This document shows, in pieces, positions 25,064 to 32,000 of a stretch of 32,000 bases of DNA (within the stretch, counting starts at the first letter, position 1; each line of letters begins with the position of its first letter). Below the pieces are notes generated by a model, which had not been told where the DNA came from, made no database searches, and was given only the letters and a program-made list of their open reading frames with translations. This stretch comes from Dehalococcoidia bacterium. Lineage in GTDB: Bacteria; Chloroflexota; Dehalococcoidia; Lucifugimonadales; JAGWBF01. The stretch covers positions 1 to 32,000 of the forward strand of contig JAGWBJ010000004.1 in the NCBI GenBank assembly GCA_021295955.1, in the 5' to 3' direction. A program made the translations under genes and the position numbers.

Positions 25064-26385
25064 CACGGGACACCTTGCATGGCGCCGACGAGATAGGGGT
25101 CGGTCTCATGGGCCTGGGGGTGGTGGGGGGCGGCGTGGCCGCGACCCTGTTGGACCCCGCACAGCACGTCGCCCGCACCGTGGGTCGGCCCGTCTCCCTC
25201 AAGCGAGTCCTGGTCCGGCAACCGGACAAGGAGCGCCAGATGGGCGTCCCTCCCGGGATCCTCACCGCCGACCCCACTCTCCTGCTGAACGATCCGAGCA
25301 TCCAAGTCGTGGTAGAGGTCATAGGTGGCGAGGAGCCCGCCAGCAGCTACATCCGGCAGAGCCTCTCCCGTGGCAAGAGCGTAGTCACCGCGAACAAGGA
25401 GGTGATGGCCAAGGAGGGGCAGGAGCTTCTGACCCTCGCCGCCGCCAGGGGCGTCGACCTGCTGTTTGAGGCCAGCGTAGGAGGCGGTATACCCATAGTT
25501 GGCCCGCTCATGAAGGACCTGCTGGCCAACGACATTCGGTCCATACAGGCCATCATCAACGGCACGACCAACTACATGCTGACTCGGATGGCCCGGGACG
25601 GCATGGACTTCGACGAGGCCCTGAAGGAGGCCCAGGGCCTGGGTTTCGCAGAGGCGGACCCGGCCAACGACGTCGAGGGCATCGACGCGGGCTACAAGCT
25701 GGCAGTGCTGGCCTCCCTGGCCTTTCACACCCAGGTCCGGGCCGAGGACGTGCACAGGGAGGGCATATCGGGCCTGCGGGCCAGGGACTTCCGGTACGCC
25801 CACGAGCTTGGCTACGCCATCAAGCTGCTGGCTATCGCCAGGCGCGAGGGAGGGCAGGTCCAGGCGCGGGTCCACCCTTGCTTCGTCCCCCAGGAGCATA
25901 TGCTGGCCAAGGTGGACGGCGTCTTCAACGCCGTGGAGGTGGAGGGAGACCTGACGGGCAAGATCCTGTTCCACGGCCGCGGCGCGGGGCGTGAGCCCAC
26001 CACCAGTGCCATCATAGGGGACCTCGTGGAGGTTGCCAAGAAATTAGGGGCGGGCGGGGGACCTGCGCCCTTCTTTCCGCCCGGCAACAGCCTGACCGTG
26101 GCCCCCATGTCCGAGCTGGTGACCAGGTACTACATTCGTCTGGGCGCCGCCGACAGACCGGGGGTCTTGGCCCAGATCGCCAGGGTGCTGGGAGACCAGG
26201 ACGTGAGCATCGCGTCGGTCATTCAGAAGGACTCCAACCCGGGTTCTCAGACGGCGGAGCTGGTGGTTACCACCCACCCCGCCAGGGAGAAAGCGGTCCA
26301 GGAGTCGTTGCAGCGCATGCGTGGTCTCCAGGTCGTGCGTCAGGTGGACAACCTGGTCAGGGTCGAGGACTGGCCCTCGGACTGA
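25060..26385 (+). CDS. hom: Homoserine dehydrogenase with C-terminal ACT domain
   Basis: Rossmann GLMGLGVVGGGV, catalytic-domain motifs (IINGTTNYMLT, GFAEADPANDVEGIDAGYKLAVLA), and ACT domain (YYIRLGAADRPGVLAQIARVLGDQDVSIASV). The GTG start overlaps the preceding stop (GTGA). TTG 25075 is an alternative. Confidence 0.85.
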   Translation: MTRDTLHGADEIGVGLMGLGVVGGGVAATLLDPAQHVARTVGRPVSLKRVLVRQPDKERQMGVPPGILTADPTLLLNDPSIQVVVEVIGGEEPASSYIRQSLSRGKSVVTANKEVMAKEGQELLTLAAARGVDLLFEASVGGGIPIVGPLMKDLLANDIRSIQAIINGTTNYMLTRMARDGMDFDEALKEAQGLGFAEADPANDVEGIDAGYKLAVLASLAFHTQVRAEDVHREGISGLRARDFRYAHELGYAIKLLAIARREGGQVQARVHPCFVPQEHMLAKVDGVFNAVEVEGDLTGKILFHGRGAGREPTTSAIIGDLVEVAKKLGAGGGPAPFFPPGNSLTVAPMSELVTRYYIRLGAADRPGVLAQIARVLGDQDVSIASVIQKDSNPGSQTAELVVTTHPAREKAVQESLQRMRGLQVVRQVDNLVRVEDWPSD

Positions 26386-26489
26386 TCGCCGGCCGGCCGT
26401 TGGGAAGGGCCCTTTCCGCCCCGGACTCTGCTGCCCGACGGGAATCGGCGCCGGCGGCGGATGGGTCTAGCCAAGCCCCCTGTAGTGTG

Positions 26490-26495
26490 TATAAT
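26490..26495 (+). promoter_or_regulatory. Candidate -10 box upstream of the folE leader
   Basis: A perfect TATAAT at 26490-26495 in the hom-folE intergenic region, with no convincing -35. Confidence 0.3.
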
Positions 26496-26556
26496 AACTG
26501 AGGTTGGGAGCAGGGGCTCCGGCGGCCACAAACCCCAGGAGGTGAACACCGCGCTT

Positions 26557-26655
26557 ATGGATCCGGCTCCCAGAAAGATGCCCGGAAGGATGCCCGGAAG
26601 GATGCCCGGAAGGATGCCCGGAAGGATGCCCGGAAGGATGAAGGAGGATGGTTGA
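26557..26655 (+). CDS. Putative upstream/leader ORF MDPAPRK(MPGR)5MKEDG, overlapping the folE start
   Basis: ATG at 26557. The frame is maintained through the 12-nt repeats. TGA at 26653-26655 lies 5 nt after the folE ATG (ATGGTTGA). The longer listed ORF from 26461 is less likely. Translation is unproven. Confidence 0.35.
   Translation: MDPAPRKMPGRMPGRMPGRMPGRMPGRMKEDG
26578..26637 (+). repeat. Five perfect 12-nt tandem repeats (ATGCCCGGAAGG) immediately upstream of folE
   Basis: Exact head-to-tail copies at 26578, 26590, 26602, 26614 and 26626. Degenerate copies flank the array (CCCAGAAAG before, ATGAAGGAGG after). Confidence 0.95.
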
Positions 26656-27220
26656 GGGGCAAGCCGTCGAGACGGCGGTCGCCTCCATCCTGAAGGCCTT
26701 AGGCGAAGACGCGGGCAGGGAGGGGCTTAGAGACACACCTCGGCGGGTCGCCCGCATGTACTCCGAGCTGTTCTCAGGCGTCGGCGTAGACCCCCGCTCG
26801 GCCATCGATGCCATCTTCGAAGAAGAGCGTCACGAAGAGGCTGTGGTGGTCCTACGGGGTGTTCCCTTCTACTCCATGTGTGAACACCATCTGATGCCGT
26901 TCTACGGGCAGGCCCACATGGGGTACGTTCCCAAGAGCAAGATAGCCGGCGCCAGCAAGCTGGTTCGTGCCCTCGAGGTCGCCGCCCGCAGGCCGCAGAT
27001 ACAGGAGAGGCTCACGGCGCAAGTGGCGGACGCGGTCCATGACGTCTTGGACACGGCGGGGACCGGCGTCGTCATCGAGGCCGAGCACCTGTGCATGTCC
27101 ATGAGAGGGGTGCAGAAGCGCGGCAGCGTCGTCGTCACGTCGGCGACCCGTGGCGATTTCGACGAGGCCGGAGTCCGCCGCTCCCAGCTAATGTCTATGG
27201 TCCAAGGGCGGGCCGCGTGA
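26648..27220 (+). CDS. folE: GTP cyclohydrolase I (FolE type 1)
   Basis: GLRDTPRRVARMY, FYSMCEHHLMPFYGQAHMGYVP, RPQIQERLT and IEAEHLCMSMRGV are the canonical FolE motifs, including the Zn ligands. Confidence 0.9.
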   Translation: MVEGQAVETAVASILKALGEDAGREGLRDTPRRVARMYSELFSGVGVDPRSAIDAIFEEERHEEAVVVLRGVPFYSMCEHHLMPFYGQAHMGYVPKSKIAGASKLVRALEVAARRPQIQERLTAQVADAVHDVLDTAGTGVVIEAEHLCMSMRGVQKRGSVVVTSATRGDFDEAGVRRSQLMSMVQGRAA

Positions 27221-28200
27221 CCCCCTTTACGCGTCTCGATTCCTACCAGGGTGCTCGGGCCCACTGGGAGGCCCTTCTCCCGTGTTGCATTGCCAACACC
27301 TTCTTCATGACGCCCCAATGGCAGCAGGCCTGGTGGGACCAGTTCGGCGACGGGACCGAGATGATGCTGCTGGAACTGATGGAGCACGGCGGGGTGACGT
27401 GCATCGCCCCGCTGGCGAGAAGGGATCGCACCATCTCCTTCATCGGCGGCCAGGACCTGTTCGACTACAACGACTTCCTCGTGTCTCCCGGCTCCGAGGA
27501 CAGCTTCTACACGTCCCTGATGGACCTGCTGGACGATGAGGACTGGGATACCGTCGACCTGCCGTCTCTTCAGGACGGGTCTCCCACCCTGACCTACGTG
27601 CCGGACTTGGCCCAACGCCTGGGATACTCGGTCCAGATCGAAGAGGAGGACGTGGCGCCGTCGGTGATGCTGCCGGCGGACTGGGACTCGTACCTCCAGC
27701 TCCTGAGCAAGAAGGACCGTCACGAGCTGCGTCGAAAGCTGCGGCGCCTGGGGTCCTCCGGCCAGGAGGTCCACCACTACAAGCTCTCGGATCCGGCGGA
27801 GGTGGAGGCGGGACTGGACGACTTCTTCTCCCTGATGAGATTCAGCAAGGAGACCAAGGACACCTTCTTGACCCCAGGCCGGGAGAGCTTCTTCCGCAGC
27901 GCCGCCCTGGCGATGGCCAGGATCGGGGTATTCAGGCTGTTCTTCCTGGAGTTCAACCAGGAGCGGGTGGCCGCGGCCATGTGCTTCGACTACGGCGATA
28001 CCAGACACCTGTACAACAGCGGCTTCAACCCCGAGTATCGCTACTATAGCGTCGGCCTCGTTCTGAAGGCCCTTTGCGTGAAGGACGCCATAGAGGAGGG
28101 CAAGGCCCGCTTTGATTTCCTGAGAGGGGCCGAACCGTACAAGTACGACCTGGGTGGCAAGGACCGGACGATCTATCACATGGTGGTCAGACGCAGTTGA
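27217..28200 (+). CDS. GNAT-fold protein of the CelD/BioF2-like (Acetyltransf_6, FemAB-related) family
   Basis: N-terminal W..L......FF.TP.W...WW..FG and the C-terminal family signature YNSGFNPEY...SVG...FDFLRGAEPYKYDLGG. The GTG start overlaps the folE stop (GTGA). Only this start keeps the conserved N-terminus. Confidence 0.75.
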   Translation: MTPFTRLDSYQGARAHWEALLPCCIANTFFMTPQWQQAWWDQFGDGTEMMLLELMEHGGVTCIAPLARRDRTISFIGGQDLFDYNDFLVSPGSEDSFYTSLMDLLDDEDWDTVDLPSLQDGSPTLTYVPDLAQRLGYSVQIEEEDVAPSVMLPADWDSYLQLLSKKDRHELRRKLRRLGSSGQEVHHYKLSDPAEVEAGLDDFFSLMRFSKETKDTFLTPGRESFFRSAALAMARIGVFRLFFLEFNQERVAAAMCFDYGDTRHLYNSGFNPEYRYYSVGLVLKALCVKDAIEEGKARFDFLRGAEPYKYDLGGKDRTIYHMVVRRS

Positions 28201-29393
28201 GCGCGGCCCGAGTCGCCCTGTTAAGCTTCCACACCTGCCCCCTGGCTCCCACCGGCGAGGGGAAGGCCGGCGGCATGAACGTCTACGTGCGTGAGGTGTC
28301 CCGGAATCTCGGCAGGGCCGGCGTCCCCGTCGACCTCTTCACACGCAGCCACGCCGGGCACTGCCAGGGCGTCACGAACCTGGAGGACAACGTCAGGCTG
28401 GTGCACCTGGAGGGTGGGCCGGAGACCGCGGCCCCCAACGAGTTGTATCCGTACCTGGAGTCCTTCCTGGAAGGGCTGGTCGCCCATGCCCGGCAGGAGG
28501 CCGTCCGGTACCGGCTGGTGCACTCCCACTACTGGCTGTCGGGCTGGATCGGCCAGCGCCTGTCCAGCCGGTGGCGGGTGCCCCACGTCGTCACCTTCCA
28601 CACCCTGGGAGACGTGAAGATGCAGGCCAAGGCCGGCGAGAGGGAGTCCGACCAGCGGGGCTCGGTGGAGAGGGAGCTTGCCTCCGGGGCGCATCTGATA
28701 ATCGCCTCCAGTCCCCACGAGGAGGACGCGCTGGTCCATCTCTACGACGCGGACCGGGGCCGCATCGAGGTAGTGCCCTGTGGCGTGGACCTGTCCATCT
28801 TCAAGCCCCTGGACATCGGCGAGGCCCGAAAGCGCCTGGGCCTGAACGGAGAGCGCGTCGTGCTCTATGTCGGGCGGATCGAGGCTATCAAGGGTGTGGA
28901 CCTTCTGTTGAAGAGTGCTGCTATAATGGATGGCAAGGACTCCCTGAAAGTTCTGGTCGTGGGAGGCGATGCGACCCGGGGCGGGGAGGTGAGGCGGCTC
29001 AAGGGCCTGGCCGAGGAGTTGGGCATCGGGCAGGTGATGGAGTTCGTCGGCATGGTGGACCAGAGCCTGCTGCCCCTCTACTACAACGCCGCGGACGTGT
29101 GTGTCGTCCCATCCTACTACGAGAGCTTTGGACTCGTAGCCTTGGAGGCCCTGGCCTGCGGCACTCCGGTGGTGGCCTCCAGGGTGGGAGGTCTGCCGAC
29201 GGTGGTCCAGCATGCCAGGACGGGTTACCTCCAGTCCTGGCGGTGCCCCGAGCCCTTCGCCGACTCCCTGGAGGTAATCCTGGGCAGCAAGGTGCTCAGG
29301 AACAGCATGAGCAGGGAAGCCCGCAAGAGGGCCGAGGGCATGGGGTGGGAGATGGTCGCGGAAGAGACCAGCCGCCTTTACGATTCCCTGTAG
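28197..29393 (+). CDS. mshA: GT4 glycosyltransferase of the MshA family (D-inositol-3-phosphate N-acetylglucosaminyltransferase-like)
   Basis: MshA-specific blocks LLSFHTCPLAPTGEGKAGGMNVYV, HSHYWLSG, FHTLGDVK and HLYDADRGRIEVVPCGVD, plus the GT4 core ESFGLVALEALACGTPVVASRVGGLP. The TTG start overlaps the preceding stop (TTGA). Confidence 0.75.
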   Translation: MSAARVALLSFHTCPLAPTGEGKAGGMNVYVREVSRNLGRAGVPVDLFTRSHAGHCQGVTNLEDNVRLVHLEGGPETAAPNELYPYLESFLEGLVAHARQEAVRYRLVHSHYWLSGWIGQRLSSRWRVPHVVTFHTLGDVKMQAKAGERESDQRGSVERELASGAHLIIASSPHEEDALVHLYDADRGRIEVVPCGVDLSIFKPLDIGEARKRLGLNGERVVLYVGRIEAIKGVDLLLKSAAIMDGKDSLKVLVVGGDATRGGEVRRLKGLAEELGIGQVMEFVGMVDQSLLPLYYNAADVCVVPSYYESFGLVALEALACGTPVVASRVGGLPTVVQHARTGYLQSWRCPEPFADSLEVILGSKVLRNSMSREARKRAEGMGWEMVAEETSRLYDSL

Positions 29394-29414
29394 GCCCGTC
29401 AGGAGACCCCGACA

Positions 29415-30146
29415 GTGCCCTCACAGCCTCCCAAGATAGCCAAGTGGTTGGCGCTCATCGGCCGTCATTTCCGCACGAGACTGCTGGGCGGCCTGCTGCT
29501 CATCGTCCCGGTAGGCATCACCTTCCTGATCCTGAAGGCCATCTTCGACTTCTTGGACCCATTGTTGAAGGACTTCATGGACCAGTTCATCACCGTCTAT
29601 CCCGGCATGGGCATAGTCGCGCTGGTCATCGTCGTCTACCTGGCCGGGATCCTGGCGACGCAGGTCGTGGGAAAGCGGATCATCGACTTGGGCATCAACG
29701 TGGTGGACCGGATACCCGTGGTCAGCGGCGTCTACCGGGCCGCCCGCCAGGCCACCGACGTGTTCTCCAACGTGGCCGGGAACGGCAGATACAGCAGCGT
29801 GGTCCTGGTGGAGTTTCCGGGCTACGGCCTCACGTCGGTGGGTCTGGTCACGGGGAAGATAAAGGACCAGAAGGGCAACGACCTACTGGCCGTATACATG
29901 CCCACGTCGCCCTTCCCCACCTCTGGGTTTCTGATAATCCTGCCCGAGGACCAGGTCACCCCCACCGACCTGGCGGTGGACGACGCCATAAAGATGATAG
30001 TCACCGCCGGGGTGGTAGTCCCCGATTCCATCGACGCCGACTACTACCCCTTCCAGCACGCGCCGTCGGTGGCGCGTAGGGCCAGTCCTGTCGGCGTGAC
30101 TATGGAGGAGACTCAGTCCGCGGACAATGTCTCCTCGAACCAGTGA
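29415..30146 (+). CDS. DUF502 family membrane protein
   Basis: Two N-terminal TM helices (LLGGLLLIVPVGITFLILKAIF, GMGIVALVIVVYLAGILA). DUF502 core motifs RIPVVSGVYRAARQ, VVLVEFP, YMPTSPFPTSGFLIILP and AIKMIVTAG. GTG start 9 nt after AGGAG. Confidence 0.7.
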   Translation: MPSQPPKIAKWLALIGRHFRTRLLGGLLLIVPVGITFLILKAIFDFLDPLLKDFMDQFITVYPGMGIVALVIVVYLAGILATQVVGKRIIDLGINVVDRIPVVSGVYRAARQATDVFSNVAGNGRYSSVVLVEFPGYGLTSVGLVTGKIKDQKGNDLLAVYMPTSPFPTSGFLIILPEDQVTPTDLAVDDAIKMIVTAGVVVPDSIDADYYPFQHAPSVARRASPVGVTMEETQSADNVSSNQ

Positions 30147-31018
30147 AGCCTGGCCTCTTCCCGGAAGCCCACCGACGTGTAGAGCCCTATGGCCGGCGCG
30201 TTCTCGCTGTCCACTTCTAGCTGGATAGACCCCACGCCCCTGGCCCTCATGTGCTCCATCCCGCGCAGCAGCAACGGCTTGCTCAGCCCCTGGCCCCGGT
30301 ATTCCGGCACCACTCCGATCATGGAGATGAACCCCACCGAGCGGCCGGGGGCTCCCATAATGCGCGTCCAGCAGTACCCGGCAACGGCGTCGTCCCGCCG
30401 CAGGAGGAGCACCCCTTCGGGTCCCGTGCCGGTCATGGCGACCCTGTAGGCCACCTCCTCCGTTGTGTTGGGGCTGAATCCCCAGCTTCCCGTGAAGGCC
30501 TCGTTCTGCGCCATGGTGAGGAGGTGTTCCTCCCCGGGCCTCAGGCTTCGTAGCTCGAAGCCATCGGGGAGCTCCGGCCTGACGAGCTCCGGTCGCCGCC
30601 ACCTCAACACCAGGTACTCCCGGACTTTCGAGAACCCGTTGCTCTCCAGCAGGCCGGCCCAACGCTCCGGGTCGTATACACAGACGTGGACGTAGTCGGC
30701 GCCCAACTCCCCGGCCCTGTCCAGGCTGGACCGCATAAGTAGCGACTCCACACCCGTCCACGCGTGGTGGGGGTGGACGTTCAACTCCAGCACGGCCCGG
30801 CCGATACGGAGCTCGGGGTGCACTATCGCGAAGCCCACGGGGCCTTCCTCGCCTACGGCCACCGTGCAGTTGGCCTCGGGGCATAGCCCAGGCTGGCCCA
30901 GCTCCTCTTCGAGCAGCTTGTTGGGAAGGGCGTCCTCCTCGCCGCCGGCCCGTCGGAGCAGGTTCTTTAGGTCGGCCAGCGCTGGCAGGTCGGACCACGT
31001 GAAATTTCGCGTTCTCAA
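30113..31018 (-). CDS. mshD: Tandem-GNAT acetyltransferase of the mycothiol synthase (MshD) family
   Basis: Two GNAT halves with MshD-like blocks: LELNVHPHH, VREYLVLRWRRPELVRPELPDGFELRSL, NEAFTGSWGFSP, GYCWTRI, MIGVVPEYRGQGLSKPLL and QLEVDSENAPAIGLYTSVGF. The TTG start at 31018 is preceded by AGGGAG. The longer listed ORF (to 31270) has no homology-like N-terminus. Confidence 0.65.
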   Translation of the reverse strand: MRTRNFTWSDLPALADLKNLLRRAGGEEDALPNKLLEEELGQPGLCPEANCTVAVGEEGPVGFAIVHPELRIGRAVLELNVHPHHAWTGVESLLMRSSLDRAGELGADYVHVCVYDPERWAGLLESNGFSKVREYLVLRWRRPELVRPELPDGFELRSLRPGEEHLLTMAQNEAFTGSWGFSPNTTEEVAYRVAMTGTGPEGVLLLRRDDAVAGYCWTRIMGAPGRSVGFISMIGVVPEYRGQGLSKPLLLRGMEHMRARGVGSIQLEVDSENAPAIGLYTSVGFREEARLHWFEETLSAD

Positions 31019-31185
31019 AGCAGGGCTCCCTAAGGGCGGGCTGGAAACGGGGTCCGTAGCGGACACGGACCCTATGGAGAACCCCCATCGGGCATGTCCC
31101 GGCGGTCCGGGAGGGGGGTTGACACTCGCGCTTGATTGTAGCAGAGTGGTTTTCCCCGTACAAGCCCAAAGTGGGAGGCTGCCCC

Positions 31186-31890
31186 ATGGACGAGACGCCC
31201 GGCCGCGTGCTGGTTGTGATACCCCATCCCGATGATGCCGAGGGGTGGTGCGGTGGTACCGTCGCAGCATGGGTGAAGGGCGGCGCCCGGGTGGTCTACG
31301 TTCTCTGTACGGACGGGAGCAAGGGCACCGACGACCCCGAGATGTCCCCCCAGCGCCTGGCCCAGATCAGGGAGAAGGAGCAGCTCGAAGCGGCCTCCGT
31401 CCTGGGCGTGGAGGACGTGGTGCTCCTGCGCCATGCCGACGGAGAGCTGGAGGACACTTACGAATTTCGCAGGGAGCTCGTCCGTGCCATTCGCCTCCAC
31501 CGGCCGGACGTGATACTGTGCCCCGACCCGTACCGGCGCAAGTCCCACTGGCACAGGGACCACCGCATCGCCGGTCAGGTCGCGGCCGACGCCGCCTTTC
31601 CCTACGCCCGGGACCACCTGCACTTCCAGGAGCTGTACCGTGACGAGGGACTGGAGACGCACAAGGCGGGCACTATCCTTTTTTGGGCCCCCGACACCCC
31701 CGACACCCACATCGACATCGGCGGGCACATCGACACCAAGGCCCGGGCGCTGGTGTGCCACCAGAGCCAGAACCCGGGTAGGACCGTGGAACAGGCGGCG
31801 GAGGGAATAAGCCAGCGCGCCCGCCTGTCGGCTGCAGGCTCCCAGGTGGAGTATGCCGAGGCGTTTCGAAAGGTGGAGTTCCGCCGCTAG
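31186..31890 (+). CDS. PIG-L/LmbE family deacetylase (MshB/BshB-like)
   Basis: VLVVIPHPDDAEGWCGGTVA, the DG..ED region and HRDHR metal/catalytic motifs typical of PIG-L. ATG 31186 lies 7 nt after GGGAGG. Confidence 0.8.
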   Translation: MDETPGRVLVVIPHPDDAEGWCGGTVAAWVKGGARVVYVLCTDGSKGTDDPEMSPQRLAQIREKEQLEAASVLGVEDVVLLRHADGELEDTYEFRRELVRAIRLHRPDVILCPDPYRRKSHWHRDHRIAGQVAADAAFPYARDHLHFQELYRDEGLETHKAGTILFWAPDTPDTHIDIGGHIDTKARALVCHQSQNPGRTVEQAAEGISQRARLSAAGSQVEYAEAFRKVEFRR

Positions 31891-31904
31891 CCGAGGCCGC
31901 CGTT

Positions 31905-32000
31905 TTAGGCGGTTGCTCCGCCCAGCTCCATTACGAAGACACGGTCCAGACTGGCCAGGTCCTGCTCGATGCTTATGGCGGCGCCGGGGAAGAGGGCCAG
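31905..32000 (-). CDS. 3' end of a minus-strand gene (partial; possibly an ABC-type ATPase C-terminus)
   Basis: The reverse strand reads ...LALFPGAAISIEQDLASLDRVFVMELGGATA, then TAA (plus-strand 31905-31907). The IEQ...DRVFVME.G pattern resembles LivF/LivG-type ATPase ends. Only 31 residues are visible. Confidence 0.3.
   Translation of the reverse strand: MALFPGAAISIEQDLASLDRVFVMELGGATA

Noticed and set aside
26578-26637. Rare-codon (AGG) attenuation as the mechanism of the (MPGR)5 leader
   Set aside because: AGG Arg codons are used frequently in neighbouring highly supported genes such as lpdA and the S9 peptidase. They are therefore not visibly rare in this organism.
26386-26647. THF / THF-II (folE motif) or preQ1 riboswitch in the folE leader, and a ZTP or THF riboswitch upstream of glyA (20961-21104)
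   Set aside because: I could not find the conserved cores I know for these classes. The glyA leader is also too short, at about 65 nt after the -10. This remains to be confirmed with covariance models.
26566-26650. 12-nt repeats upstream of folE (and the 16-nt repeats at 6860-6923) as a CRISPR array
   Set aside because: The units are contiguous with no spacers and far shorter than CRISPR repeats. No cas genes are present in the window.

Overview
The window is a GC-rich bacterial chromosomal segment with strong GC3 bias, many GTG/TTG starts and several 4-nt start/stop overlaps. It looks Actinobacteria- or Chloroflexi-like, but taxonomy cannot be fixed from this window. About 30 genes are densely packed. 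There is no rRNA, tRNA, CRISPR array, transposase or integrase.

Left to right:
- A corrinoid methyltransferase accessory set: corrinoid protein, a small Cys-rich ORF, and a RACo-type reductive activase.
- An S9 peptidase.
- On the minus strand, a 2-hydroxyacid dehydrogenase followed by a zinc-ribbon/DUF898 membrane protein.
- An unusual lpdA (E3), korA-korB (2-oxoacid:ferredoxin oxidoreductase), lipoyl-E2 block with no E1, followed by a tandem-domain ThyX-like gene.
- An LLM flavin oxidoreductase and an atypical IscA/HesB protein with a Gly-Cys tail.
- A frameshifted meaB, a DUF429 nuclease-like gene, and hpf.
- An NfeD-SPFH operon.
- glyA, then rpsF-ssb-rpsR, a membrane-anchored parvulin-type PPIase, and hom.
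- The most interesting part (about 26.4-31.9 kb): a perfect 12-nt tandem-repeat upstream ORF that runs into folE. folE is translationally coupled to a CelD/Fem-like GNAT-fold protein and an MshA-family GT4 glycosyltransferase. These are followed by a DUF502 membrane protein, a convergent MshD-like tandem-GNAT acetyltransferase and a divergent PIG-L/LmbE deacetylase.

That last set looks like a mycothiol-type or pterin-glycoside-type conjugate pathway. It has no MshC ligase in view and carries a novel leader.

Other observations: 16-nt tandem repeats abut the lpdA ribosome-binding site. The ThyX-like halves have complementary degenerate motifs. GlyA has an H-to-Q change next to the PLP lysine. 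S6 has a repeat-expanded C-terminal tail. About 200 nt of non-coding sequence upstream of meaB remains unexplained.
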